Positions 26,045 through 38,600 of a stretch of DNA of 64,000 nucleotides are shown piece after piece. This DNA is from Eledone cirrhosa (Eukaryota). Numbering within the stretch: the stretch's first letter is position 1; each line of letters starts with the position of its first letter. The notes under the pieces are model-generated. The model saw only the letters and a list, made by a program, of their open reading frames with translations, was not told the DNA's origin and searched no databases. The position numbers were made by a program, and so were the translations under genes. The stretch spans positions 146,568,001 through 146,632,000 of the forward strand of contig OZ024740.1 of the NCBI GenBank assembly GCA_964016885.1, in the 5' to 3' direction.

Positions 26045-26867
26045 TCTACTTATAATATATAATGGGCATTTCTCTGTTTGTTCGTCTGTCTGTCTGTCTG
26101 TCTGTCCGTCTGAAATTGACACACCTATAGACGCGGTTTCAAATCTCTATGCTTTTCAAATTCATCTACTTATAATATATAATGGGCATTTCTCTGTTTG
26201 TTTGTCTGTCTGTCCGTCTGTAAAAAATGCCAAGGAAACAAATAGACGCGGTTTCAAATCTCTATGCTTTTCAAATTCATTACATTAATCTTTATTTATA
26301 CGTTTCGCTTTACGAGTGTTTCGACTTACGAGTGTTTCGGCTTACGAGTGTTTCGGCTTATCATTATATATCGGTGGATTGGCAGTATCGGTAGAGTCGG
26401 ACGCCATGCTTTCCAGCATGGTTACGTCCCTTTACGGTCTGAGTTCAAATCCCGTCGAGGTTAACTTTGCCTTTCATCCTTACGGGGTCGATAAAATAAA
26501 GCACCAGTAATACACTGGGTATTTGCTGGCCTTGTGCCAAAAGTAGAAACAATTATATATAAACGTTTCTATTTCCATCGTTTTATCGTAAACGTTTATA
26601 TATTTCCATCGTTATATCATAACCTTTATGTCTCATAACGTTTATATTTCCGTCACTAATCGCTTTTTCTCCTTTTTCGTTTTAACATATATTTATTTCA
26701 AAGATTTCACCGTATAGATAACATATATATTTATACATGCATAAAAGACACACCGAGAGACGGTGAACATGTGGTGCCGAAAACATTTCTCATCCAAATC
26801 TCAACAATATCAGTATATATACTAGATTTGCTAGCAGAAAACCGCCCACCGGGTGGTTTTCTGCTAG
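26045..26867 (+). mobile_element. Non-autonomous Helitron with duplicated 5' end
   Basis: TCTACTTATAATATATAATGGGC..(CTGT)n at both 26045 and 26165. 3' hairpin plus CTAG at 26867. Confidence 0.7.
26372..26554 (+). mobile_element. tRNA-derived SINE (family A)
   Basis: Same head, body and tail as 17891-18082. Confidence 0.85.
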
Positions 26868-27167
26868 TCTATATATATAAAACTGAGGATGTCTGTGTGT
26901 GTGTGTGTGAGTTCGAATCCCTAAAACTCGAGAAACACTCAACCGACTCTTTTCAAACTTTACACATGTAATACTCATGTTTCAGGGAGTGTTCTGAGCA
27001 AAAGAAATTTCAAATTTTCTATGCCCCAGAGACCACATTAGGCGATTTAGCGATCTCGCTCTAATTCTTAGTCTTTCTCTTTTTAGATAGATACATACTT
27101 ATAACGTCGCGCCCTTATAATATCTGTCCGTATGTCTGACTGTCTGCATTACGTTACTTCCTTGAGG

Positions 27168-27228
<61 letters not shown>

Positions 27229-27818
27229 TTTGAATCCCTAAAACTCGAGAAGTACCCAACCGATTTTATTCAAACTTTACATGTGTATTACTTATGTTTC
27301 AGGGAGTGTTATGCACATAAACAAATTCAACTTTTTTGTATCTCCTAGGGCCCGCATTAGGTGAAAAACTGCGTTGTTTAACATTTTTAGGGGTTTTTTG
27401 AGGCGCTACGTCAGACCGATTTCCTTGAAATTGTAACTATGTATTAGTCAGTCTCTTCTTCATACCGTAAGTAAAGAAAATCCAACTTTCTTATGGCCTA
27501 GGGCCCGCATTAGGTGAAAAACTTCATTTTTTCAGCTTCTTAGGGTTTTTTGGAGGCGTTACATCTAGCCGATTTTCCCGAAATTTCAAGGCATATTATG
27601 CACATAAAAAAAATTCATTTTCTTGATCCCCTAAGGCCCGCATTAGGTGAAAACCTGCATTTTTCCTGCTTCATCAAGGAAAATCTTAAAGATTATCCAG
27701 CCATCAGAGTATTCGGTTCATTTTCTTTACATATTGCCCAGGCATGCAGTTTTTAGGTCTATTGGCGGCGCGCGTTCCAAAATACCTTATCCCGTGCAAC
27801 GCCAGGTACCACTGCTAG
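26868..27818 (+). mobile_element. Non-autonomous Helitron
   Basis: 5' TCTATATATATAAAACTGAGGATGTC(TG)n; 3' CCCGTGCAACGCCAGG..CTAG|T. Same family as 40879-41661. Internal GGCCCGCATTAGG repeats. Confidence 0.85.
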
Positions 27819-27829
27819 TTCATGATAAA

Positions 27830-28500
27830 TCTACGTAAATTACATGGGTCTGTATAGCTCTGGTTACGCGATCGAGAACAAACGACAACCTTTTTGCGAG
27901 CAAACTGGCCAACATATTTAACTCATTCTTGTTATCACATTTCTTTCGAAATGTCACCACTTCCGAGCTGACATAACTGGGTAAGCCTTAACTCGGCTGT
28001 TAGTTGCATTAGACGTCTGCTAAGACAGTAGCAAACACATCAAGTATGTACAATAGAGCGTATAGAACAGATCTTTCACTCATTAATTTTTTGCTCGTAA
28101 AACTGCATTGTACCTTCTGTATCTGAAATGTTATTATCGACAGAACTTCATGTTTCCTACCAAGAGTTGGGAAACTGTCGAGGCGGATACTGAAATCCAC
28201 ATCTTTTCTCAACAGTCAGGCAAAATGTTGAAAAACCACCAAAAACTGCTCGATGTCGGACAGTACACATTTTTCGTGGTCCATCATAATAGAATTGTAG
28301 ATATATTGCTACGTCGCACGTCTACCCTCTCGTATCGAGTAGCGTCCGCTGTAGCTTGGACGACGGAGATCCTTCTCTTTGCAAGTACGCCAGATGCATT
28401 AGCTTTTCATATAGAGTCTTCTAAATCCCCCAGTAGTTAGCCTTCAAATCTACTGTTCTCTATCACTACATCCTTACTAAAATTAATGACTCACAGCATC
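27830..28500 (-). pseudogene. Old decayed Tx1/L1-type ORF2 fragment
   Basis: Minus-strand HFA*LL..VDFSIRLDSFPTL..VLADV*CN*Q..VVTFRKK..ELNMLASLLAKRL aligns by eye with ORF2 at 35602 (HFARLF..VDFGPYLDGLPRL..LEAVYCNWQ..ELKILAKVLAKRL). Confidence 0.65.
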
Positions 28501-29299
28501 TGTTGTTAATAAGTATCTAAACTATAATAAAGTAAGGACTGCGGGATTGCGTACAGTTTATTTCTTTTAATCCAGTTAGTAAAATAAGTTGGATTACTTT
28601 GAATAAATAATTTATGTACTAAATTTCGTAAACATAAATAATTTAAAATTTACTTGTTTTCAAAGTTTCAAATGTCTACACTTCCGGTATATCGTCGCCA
28701 CCATCACCACTTCAACTACCATATATATAGAAAGAGAGAGTGTGTGATGAGAGAGATAGAGAGATTATGATTTTCTACTCACTGACGCGTATGAGTGTGC
28801 ACATACATACATCTATATGTATGAGTATATAACTATTATGAGTATATAACTATAATCGCGCAAACACAAACTTATAAAAATACACGCTCACGGACATACA
28901 TTAACACAAATACACATACTTTCACACAAACATACATTCATACATATACATTTATACAAACACACACATACAGTCATGATAGCAGCGTTCAGTGAATTGG
29001 AAATGGGAGGGTAAAACAAGTATAACGTTTTATTTATTTATTAACTCTTTATTTATTTATTAAATCTTTTTTTTACAAACTCATTTAATATAATGGTTAC
29101 AGACCGAAAACACTAACAAATATAATATATACAAAGAAGAGGGAAAGGAAAAAAAGAAAGAGAAAAAATACACAAATACGTAATACACACATCTTAGGCC
29201 ACATAGAACAAAATGCAGGCGAAAGAGTGGCAAACGAGCCGCTACCAGAGCAAAAGATAGCAATATAGCGAGGAGCACTGGGAAACCTCTCTAATAATT

Positions 29300-29715
29300 T
29301 TTTAGGCAGGCCAGCATGCTCGCAGCGTTACCTGGGGTGATGGTGACGCTGAGGTGCTGGAACAACCAAGTGCCCTCACCAGTTACCTCTGTTTGGCGAG
29401 CCGCCAGTGAAGAATCTCGCTGTCAGTAGCCCGACTCCCCCAAACATCTCGAACGCCACAGGCTGGATAATGTAGTTAGCTCACAGAACACGGTATTTTA
29501 GGATTTTGTTCTCTTCAGCTGCGGATGCTGTACCTCTCGCCCTTACCGCTGCATCCAGAATGTGGGAAGAAGTAAAAGAGTCACTAACTGTGACGTCCCA
29601 GGTAAGGCACTTGCCTCTTGACCAGGAGTAAGACCGTCAAGTCTTTCCCCATCAATTCTGGACAACCCAGACGGTTCCAAAATTGAGGGGATGTTTGCTC
29701 AGGCCAAAGTTCTTG
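29300..29715 (-). pseudogene. Restriction-like endonuclease domain of a CRE-like non-LTR retrotransposon (relic)
   Basis: Minus strand: LEPSGLSRIDG..DG..WSRGKCLTWDVTVSD..AAEENK..KY..QPVAFEMFG..LFQHLSV..GNAAS, the CRE-type RLE signature. Confidence 0.72.
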
Positions 29716-29778
29716 AGTGGTAATAGGCCAGTGTGTGTATGTGCGCGCGCGTGAGTTTGTCGGCGTTCTTAAATTAGA

Positions 29779-29826
<48 letters not shown>

Positions 29827-30666
29827 GCTGTTTTTAAGTTTTATCTAAGATAATATTTTTATAGTCAACTATAGTAAACCACCACCATGATGACGACGTC
29901 ACATTTTGTATGTGTCTGTGAGTGTGTGTGTTTGTGCGTTCGTTATGTACATTAGGCCTCAGAGAATAAAACGCACACACATTTACACATACATACACAT
30001 AATGTGTGTGAGTGTATGTGAGAGTGTATGCGTGTGTGAGTGTATGTGTATTGACTGGCATAACGATATTTTCTTTAGTCAACTATAGTAAATGTGTGAG
30101 AGTGTGTGTGAGTGTATGTGAGAGTGTAGTGTGTGTGAGTGTATATGAGAGTGTACGTGTGTGTGAATGTATGTGTGATAATTTTTATTTTCATTTGGAT
30201 TAAATCAATAGAAAACAACACAATGACGTCACATTTTGTATATGAACATGTATGTGTCTGTGAGTGTGTGTGTGTTTGCGCGTTCATTAGGTACGTTATT
30301 AAATACACACTCACATCTACACATACATGGACATATGTGACCACTGACAAAAAAATGAGTTGAGAAGCTATGTGTGTGTCTGCGTGAATGTATGTCTGTA
30401 TGTCTGTCTTAGTATATGTAAGTGAGAATGTATGTGCGTGAGTGTGTAGCAACAATTTATTCATTTGGACACCAAAAAAACATTACACAATAAATATTGT
30501 TTACCCTAAGGTTCTACAAGTTTGAGAGATTTTCATTTCTAAATTCTATTATCATTACAATTTTGATATTTTAAAAATAAAATATTGATATTTTAAAATA
30601 ATTATGAGAGAAAAAAAAACATATCTTCATATTTATTGTTTACTGAACTGAATAAGAACAGCAGTA

Positions 30667-30695
30667 ACCCGGGCAACGCCGGGTAATTCAGGTAG
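30667..30695 (+). mobile_element. Orphan Helitron 3' terminus
   Basis: ACCCGG-GCAACG-CCGGGT hairpin followed by GTAG|T. The 5' end was not identified. Confidence 0.6.
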
Positions 30696-30966
30696 TGTAA
30701 AATAAAATAATTATTAGATTCTCCAGTTGCTGTATCAATATGAATCACTTACAATAAAATTTCGTCGGAGATAGATTAGCAAAATTTAATAAGCAGGTTT
30801 GGGTGTGGGGTGGAATAAAACACCTGGGGTGGGGACGATTATTCAAAACCTGAGAGTACGTGAATTATTGACGGACGTAAGAATGGAAACTCAATACCAA
30901 AGTAGAGTTTAGATATTTTCTACTGTCTTTTCTTTTTACTATTATATATATATATATATATATATA

Positions 30967-31398
30967 TCTGTCCAAGCCTTGAACCTTGGGTGACACCTAA
31001 AGGTCAAACTCGAGGTCACCACCCTTTTGATGTGAACAGGTTCATGCGTGGGCTATCCCCTCGAGGTGGGAGACAGAAAGCGACAGTTATATAGAGCCTT
31101 TATATTCCCACGTTTTACACGGAGAGATCGTATCAGTACGCTAATGCAAGCTATGTAAAGATTCACTGCTACCTTCAGGCCGCCGAGGTCTACAGACCAT
31201 TACTCTCTCTCCTGGTCTCAGACTACACCAGCCTCATAAACCAACAACAAAATAACATTGTCAACCTTTGCGACTCGTGGTAACTTGTTTATTGTTCTTT
31301 TTGATTGAAGTGAAGTAAACCTTTTTATATATAAAGTAAATCAGCTATTCGTGTTATTTCATCTACTAACCATTTATAATACTACAAAATACCATTCG

Positions 31399-31400
<2 letters not shown>
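30967..31400. mobile_element. Unclassified interspersed repeat in (TA)n, copy 1
   Basis: Shares its 5' end (GCCTTGAACCTTGGGTGACACCTAAAGGTC) and 3' end (ATACTACAAAATACC.TTCGTT) with 45997-46709. Confidence 0.8.

Positions 31401-31473
<73 letters not shown>
31401..31473. repeat. (TA)n microsatellite
   Basis: Direct reading. Confidence 0.97.
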
Positions 31474-31476
<3 letters not shown>

Positions 31477-31586
31477 GAAAAGTAATATATATATATATAA
31501 ACAAAGCGAGATTTCACAAGGTCTTTATTGCTTATACACAGTTACGCAGTTACAACCGTTTCACAGATGGGTGGTTCGGGATCTAT

Positions 31587-31620
<34 letters not shown>

Positions 31621-32065
31621 GTATATATATATATGCTCATTGTCCAAATGTTGCTGAGGTTAAATTTACCTTTTATCTTTTTGGGGTCTAGAAATATAGT
31701 ACTAATCCAGTACTGGGGTCGGGTTTTCTTTCTTGCTATCTTTCTCTCTTTCTCTTTGGAAGAAGTTAGCTGTGGCCAAACCTGGAGTGAGGTTCCAATG
31801 ACGCAGTATGTCATGACTGCCCATACGATTCTATCAGGAGTTAAAGGATCATTAATAGACACACACATACACTCATACACGCACACACACACACATACAC
31901 ACATATATATTCTTTATGTTGTATGGTTTCACTAATAGGTAGCTGAGCTTGTGATCCAGTCATTCCAATCAGCAGACTGTTGAATAATAAATAAAAAGTA
32001 CTCAACGTCATGTGTATCTTCTATCATAGATGTGATATCTCTTGGTACAGGGACGGAGTTAAATG

Positions 32066-32472
32066 CCTCAATGAAAACCATGTGAAGGCCAGATTCCAAT
32101 AACTTCTTTTATTTCTGTATAATACGTATTTCTGTGGCTAATTGATTATGTCATCAGACAATGATGCAATTCAATCGGCGACGTCATCTGATTACATGAA
32201 TATAATAGATCTAGTTAAGTCATCCCCACTGTGGCACAGCAAAAAAAACAACAACAAAAAACAAATAATTAATCATATGGATGCAGCCGAATTAGCGATG
32301 TCCTGCCAAGCTGGGTTACTTAAATATATCTATTATGTTCATGCCATATGATGACGTCACTGATTGAATTGTATCCTGGTCTGCTGATGTAATCAATTAG
32401 CCACAGGAATAGGTCTTACGTAACAATAAAGGAAGTTATTGGAATCCAGCCTTCACCTGTTTTTCATTGAGG
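32066..32472. mobile_element. MITE with ~120-bp imperfect TIRs
   Basis: CCTCAATGAAAA..GATTCCAATAACTTC..TGTGGCTAATTGATTA is mirrored by TAATCAATTAGCCACA..GAAGTTATTGGAATC..TTTTCATTGAGG. Right flank TA. Confidence 0.8.
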
Positions 32473-32649
32473 TATATATATATAAAGGGTTCAGGATGGG
32501 GTTATTTAGGACTAAAGACGATTGTTAGACGGGATAGTGCTCTAGCTTTTAAACAATTTTATCTGTAAGTCATGGCAATGGGTCTAGTTGGTGCTGATTA
32601 TTACGCAATGGGGTCACTGCAGCAGATAATAATAGATATTATTTAATGT

Positions 32650-32830
32650 AGATTGGCAGAATCGGTAGAGCGTTGGACACCATGCTTTGTAGAATAGAGT
32701 TATGGCCCTTTACGGTCCGAGTTCAAATCACGTCGAAGTTAGCCTTTCATCCTTACGGGGTAGATAAAATAAAATACCAGTAATGTACTGAAGTAATTGC
32801 TGGCCTTGTGCCAAAAGTAGAAACAATTAT
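32650..32830 (+). mobile_element. tRNA-derived SINE (family A)
   Basis: Matches the other family A copies. A 5'-truncated copy follows at 33113-33227. Confidence 0.82.
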
Positions 32831-33364
32831 TTAATGTTTATTCTTATACAGAAACTGTGTAATATGATGGCTGCAGCTTGAAAAAGTGCGCTTTCCATAC
32901 TCAAATCTAGAGCAGGTTAGGGGTTGGGAAATATGGATGATGTCTGAGGTAGGGATTATGGAGGTTGTAATATTTCTAGTATAGATATTTAGGTCATGAT
33001 TGGCTTTGTTTTTATAAGTGTATTAGTTACGAGTTTGGAATTCGATGGTCTTATCCACTAAATGTCTTCTTTATTATTGAATGTGTTTTCGGAGGGTATT
33101 ATTTACATATAGGTTCAAATCCCGCCGAGGTTAACTTTGCCTTTCATCCTTACGGGGTCGATAAAATAAAGTAACAGTAATGAACTGGGTAATTGCTGGC
33201 CTTGTGCCTAAAGTAGAAACAATTATTTACATATAGGGACATTCAATAATTTTGCATTTGTTCTGGGTATATGGTATATTTTTTGCATTTAATGTTCTAT
33301 TTGCTCCCTAAAAGCGCTATTTTTTACACTTTCTATAATACTTCAAGAAAACTACAACGCCCTC

Positions 33365-33365
<1 letters not shown>

Positions 33366-33443
<78 letters not shown>
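33366..33443. repeat. (TATC)n microsatellite, 5' flank of the Tx1 element
   Basis: ~19 units. Confidence 0.97.
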
Positions 33444-33842
33444 GCTGTCGTCTGTTCTACAGTGTGGATGTAATTCACTTCGCGCAGAAGTTATGTTCAA
33501 ATTTATTGCGGAAATTTTGTGAGTTCAAATTTAATTTTGATACAATTGTGTAGCTTGACCCCCCGTCTGAACTGTCAGGCGGTGGGTCAGCTCATCTTTA
33601 CCCCTCCTAGAGGTGAAAAACCTGTTTTAAAAAATTTTGTGGCAAAAAAATTTCAATCGTCTAACAGAAATGTTAAACGCAGCGAACGAAAATAGTGGTG
33701 GGGGGACAGCGGTAAGAGTTGTAAGCTCGCACGCTTTAGTCCCCCTTCCTTCCCAACTAACGTCATAGAGAAGGAAGGAAAAATTAAAATAAAAACAGAC
33801 GAATCTGCGGAGAAAAAAAATGACGAAAACACAAATCTGGAC

Positions 33843-35477
33843 ATGGATTCCAACAACGGAAAAAAAAAATTTGAAAAATTGCATGACAATACTAATAACA
33901 CAAACAAAGACACAACAAACACAAAAATAACATTTGAAAATAACACCATAACAGAAAGCAAAGCAGACGACAAGATTTCATTTGCACAGACAACAAAGAA
34001 ATCTTTGACTTATATACCGGAAAATATTTCAGATGTGGCACGAAGAATCACAGACGCCAAACAATACATAAGTGAAGGAGAGAATGGTATTTTATCGGTA
34101 AAAATGCCTCAAGAATTCACCAAAGACATTGAAAGCCGAACGGTCAAGTTTCGCACCATCAACAACAGTACAAAAAAACCTGAACAGCCCTCTCAAGCAG
34201 ATATCAAAACAGTACTCACAGAAGTACTTAATGAAACCACTTTCATAAGAAAAGACAGACTGTATGGAAGCCTAGCAATTATCATGAAGAACGAATCGGC
34301 GGCAAAAAAATGTGCTTTGTCACCGATTCGTTCGAAAAATTTTACCTTTTATCCATCTTATATGGGTAAAAGAACTCAACGCATATGGCTGGATGCAATG
34401 ATGCCAGATGTGGACTACTGCTGGCTCATAGCTGGCTTCATCGATCCAGTGAATGACAACGTGATTTCCATTGGGAAAACCACAGGCAATGCGTTCAGTG
34501 GAACAGGTATAGAGCTGGTAGTGCAAATGAAGCCTGAACGCATCGCCCAAATACCCGACAGAATCCTATTAGAGGGCCACGGGTATATAAACATTAGCGT
34601 GGAGGGGAGAAGGCCGTCCTGCCATATCTGTGCAGGCAGAGGGAACCTGAAGGCCGCTTGTCCCCAACTCAACAAAAAGAAAACCCTGCTACCAACACCA
34701 GCTCCACCACCACCACCACAACAGATAAACAAACAACAAAACTCAGTCCCACCCAACCCGTCCCTCAGTAAAACTACACCACCACCACAACACAAACAGT
34801 CACAACACATTACCCCAAAACAAAATACAGGCCCACCCAACCCCTCACTCAATAAAACAACACAACCACCGCAGACACAACACACAACACAGTCTAACAT
34901 AGTGACATCCATCTCCCCCACAAAGAAAACCAACACGGAAACATTACCAGCAAACATACCTCTTCCCTCCAACACTGAAGATAACCCAACGAATTCGGAG
35001 GAAGAAACGGAGTTCTTCAGACAGATTAAAAGGAAAAAAAGAAAACATGTGCAAAACACACAAGGCCAAACAACCCCCACCCAAATCTCAACACAATCCA
35101 ACAAAACAGAAAACACCCCTCCAGTAACAAACAAAACCAAACCTGCCCCTCACCTCTTCGAAACACTCACACCATTCGAAAAAAAGACATTACACTATAC
35201 TTACATCAACAGAAACAATAATAAATTAAATGAACTCATATACAATAATCCTTCGGTACAAACCGAAGGTGTAAACTTTGTTTCTTCAGAAAACTACCCA
35301 CATTTAAAATTAATAAAGATCCCAATGAACCTCTACCAAAAACTAAAAAAGGATTTTAAGGAGGACGTAGGACCACCCTCTGTCAAACCCATAAACCGCG
35401 TCCTACTAAAAAGCTTTCCTCCTCCCCTTCCCCCCCCCCAACACAACTCCAAACACCCCAACCCCACCACACACTGA
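33843..35477 (+). CDS. Tx1 ORF1 nucleic-acid-binding protein
   Basis: 544-aa open frame upstream of ORF2. Zinc-knuckle-like CHICAGRGNLKAAC (His replaced by Asn), Pro/Thr/Gln-rich linker, basic KRKKRK. Confidence 0.82.
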   Translation: MDSNNGKKKFEKLHDNTNNTNKDTTNTKITFENNTITESKADDKISFAQTTKKSLTYIPENISDVARRITDAKQYISEGENGILSVKMPQEFTKDIESRTVKFRTINNSTKKPEQPSQADIKTVLTEVLNETTFIRKDRLYGSLAIIMKNESAAKKCALSPIRSKNFTFYPSYMGKRTQRIWLDAMMPDVDYCWLIAGFIDPVNDNVISIGKTTGNAFSGTGIELVVQMKPERIAQIPDRILLEGHGYINISVEGRRPSCHICAGRGNLKAACPQLNKKKTLLPTPAPPPPPQQINKQQNSVPPNPSLSKTTPPPQHKQSQHITPKQNTGPPNPSLNKTTQPPQTQHTTQSNIVTSISPTKKTNTETLPANIPLPSNTEDNPTNSEEETEFFRQIKRKKRKHVQNTQGQTTPTQISTQSNKTENTPPVTNKTKPAPHLFETLTPFEKKTLHYTYINRNNNKLNELIYNNPSVQTEGVNFVSSENYPHLKLIKIPMNLYQKLKKDFKEDVGPPSVKPINRVLLKSFPPPLPPPQHNSKHPNPTTH

Positions 35478-35601
35478 CGGCCCCACACCACCACAAGACA
35501 CCCTTTCACCCAACACCCCCGACCCCATGGAAGTCGTGCAACCCGAACCCCGGGAAGCGGAAAGGTAGGTCTCTACACTCTCCTTTGGCTCTGCCGCCCA
35601 C

Positions 35602-38600
35602 ATGGATGTGTTAAGAGTAGGATGTTTGAATGCACGTGGCCTGGGCTCAACTTGGAAGCAAGCAAAGCTTCTAAATGACCTCAGGTCATGTAGTATAAAT
35701 GTAATGGTTATCTGTGAGACTCGAATCAGCGTCGTGCGGCAGCTGGCCCCCACCTTCGATGACTTTGAGGTGCATGCATCTCTCTGTCAACCTGGAGGTG
35801 GGGGTGGGGTTGTCGTACTGCTGCAAAAACACCTGGGTCTTGCCGTACAGGTTGTGCACTCGGACCCGGAGGGTCGTTTGTTGGTGCTAGACGTTGGCAG
35901 TAGTGAAAGTGCGGCCTTGAGACTGGTCGCCGTCTACTCCCCTTTCGGAGCTGAACGGCCCGACTTCTTCCAGCGTTTGGAGACTTTTCTGGGAACGTCG
36001 CGTTCCCTGCTTCTAGCGGGGGATTGGAATGACATCCTAGATGCACGTTGGGACTATGCAGGAGCATGTCCTAATAGAGGGGGGTGTAGCATCCTCAAGG
36101 GTTTACTCGACCGTTTTAACTTGGTCGATAGATATCGACTAGATTTTCCAACTGTGCCTACCTGGACTTGGAGAAACCACAGTGGTCAATCTAGATCGTA
36201 CTTAGATAGATTCTTAGTTAGAAGTAAGGATAGGGACATATTAAGCTGTCCAGAAATGCGCACGGTTGGCTACACGGATCACAAATTAGTGACCTGCGTA
36301 GTCAATCTCGAGAAAACACATAAACAGGGTCCCGGTTACTGGAAACTTAATTTGTCTTTACCGGCAAAAGAGACTTACAGAAACCGGATTAGCAGATTAG
36401 TTAAGGAGAGGTTGACGGGTGCAATCGTCAACAACCGATGGTGGGCATCTCTCAAAAGAGAGATTAGAACAGAATCAATAAGTTATAGCAAGATGTTAGC
36501 TGCCGATAGGAATAGAAACGAGAAAGAATTAACAGGTAAATTAGAAGAGGCAATCAAGAGCGAAGATGTGGCCAGAGTGCTGGCATCGAGGACGGCCTTG
36601 AACCAGTTTTTCGATGCAAAGCACGAAGGCTGCGTCATTCGAAGTAAAATACGTGCTCTAGGTAATGAGGGGGCCAAAGCCGTTGGCTGGGCCCGCGTGA
36701 CAGAAGCTAAGAGTGGAAATCGATCCACCATCCGGTCGTTGCAAGACGAAGATGGACGGGTGATCCGGGAGCCTAAGCAGATGTGCGAGGCCTTTCAAAG
36801 GCACTTTGCCCGATTGTTCGGGGGAGGCGAGAGTCCGGGCGGGGGCGTGGATTTCGGTCCATACCTCGACGGCCTGCCGCGTCTCTCGAGCGAAGAGGCA
36901 GAGTCCTGCGAGGGACCAATCTCGGCTGATGAGATCGGAGATGCGCTGAGCCAATGCAGCAGACGCAAATCTCCAGGTCTCGATGGTATACCTTACGAAC
37001 TTTATTTAGCAATGCCGGTCTTCTTCTCCGAACTCCTCGAAGCGGTCTACTGCAATTGGCAGCAGAACGGGAGAATTCCTTGTTCTGTAGCCAAGGGCGT
37101 AGTCACGCTGGTGAGGAAGGACGAGAACAAGGGAGATAGTATAAATAATTTTCGGCCCATAACCCTGCTAAACACAGAGTTAAAGATTTTGGCCAAGGTG
37201 TTAGCAAAGAGGTTGGCGCTTGTCGTGGGTGGCCTGGTGGGAGATGCGCAGACATGTGCTATCCCATCCAGGTCCATTCACGATAACCTCCACCTCATGC
37301 GATACATCATAGAGAGGGTTGGCAACAAACCCGGCTTCGGTGGGGCCCTGATCAACTTGGATCAGTCTAAGGCCTTCGATAGGGTCGACCATGGTTACCT
37401 GGATGCGGTGCTAGCGGCGGCTGGGTTCGGTCCTGTTTTCAGAGGCTGGATCACTGCCTTACATAGCAACCACATCTGTTCTAGGATCAAGGTGAACGGC
37501 TACCTTTCGAAGCCGTTCGAAATCACACGATCCATTCGACAGGGGTGCCCTCTCTCCTCCCTTCTGTACGTATTGACTCTCGAGCCTTTACTGAGGAAGT
37601 TGGAGTTGTTGCAGGGTATCCCCCTAGAACCAGGATTGAGCAAAGCGGTGTCGGCCTACGCCGATGACGTAACAGTAATGGTATCGACCGACTCGGAGAT
37701 CGAGGCGATCGGTACCTTACTGGAGGAGTACGAAAGGTTGTCAGCAGCGAAACTGAACCGGGAAAAATCCATCGGGCTGCAACTCGGAACGTGGAGAGGC
37801 AGACCGATGCCTCCTGACGGTGTCGTCGGACACTGGACGGAGGGCCCAGTGAAGTTGCTTGGGGTCTGGTTTGGACCGGACCTCCAGGTGGAAAAGAACT
37901 GGAACGAGGTTACGAACAAGGTGTTTGCACTAACCCAGAAATGGGCCAAGTGTAAGCTGTCCCTAAAAGGCCGGGCGGAGGTGGCGAACATTTACATAGC
38001 GTCCGTCACTTACTACCGCCTGACTGTCGTGCCTTGCCCTAAGGAAACACTCACCACCATGGAACGCATGCTCTTCCAATTTCTTTGGAAGGAGCGCCCT
38101 CCTATGGTGAGAAGATCCATCTGCTGCCAACAACCTTCGAAAGGAGGGCTGGGGATGCCGTGGTTGATGATGCGTAGGCACGCATTAAGGCTACAGCACC
38201 TACAGGTATTCCTCACTGGTCAACCGGTGTGGGCTCCGTTCGTGAAACGAGCCTTTCCGAGACTCGTCTCGCTCACCGAGCTACAGTCCTGGGTCAAGCA
38301 AAGATCCGGAAAACTGGGAGACTGGCACACTGAGTGTGCTCAGGCGCTCAGGGCTCTCTGGCAAGCAGGCCAGGCCATCGGTGGAGAATCTATAGAGGGC
38401 TGGTGGCTAGCAGGGGCGATGACACCCTTGGAGAGTCGCTGGACATGGAAGAAGACGAACTGACCAGCCTGTTCGGTAGGACTTTCGGCTCAGGACCAAT
38501 GGACAACTTCCAGAAGTCACTGGCCTGGCAGTGCTACCGGGGGGCTCTACCCGTTCGAGAGAGGCTCTACAGACACGGGCGCCCGGGCAGGGATCCCTCA

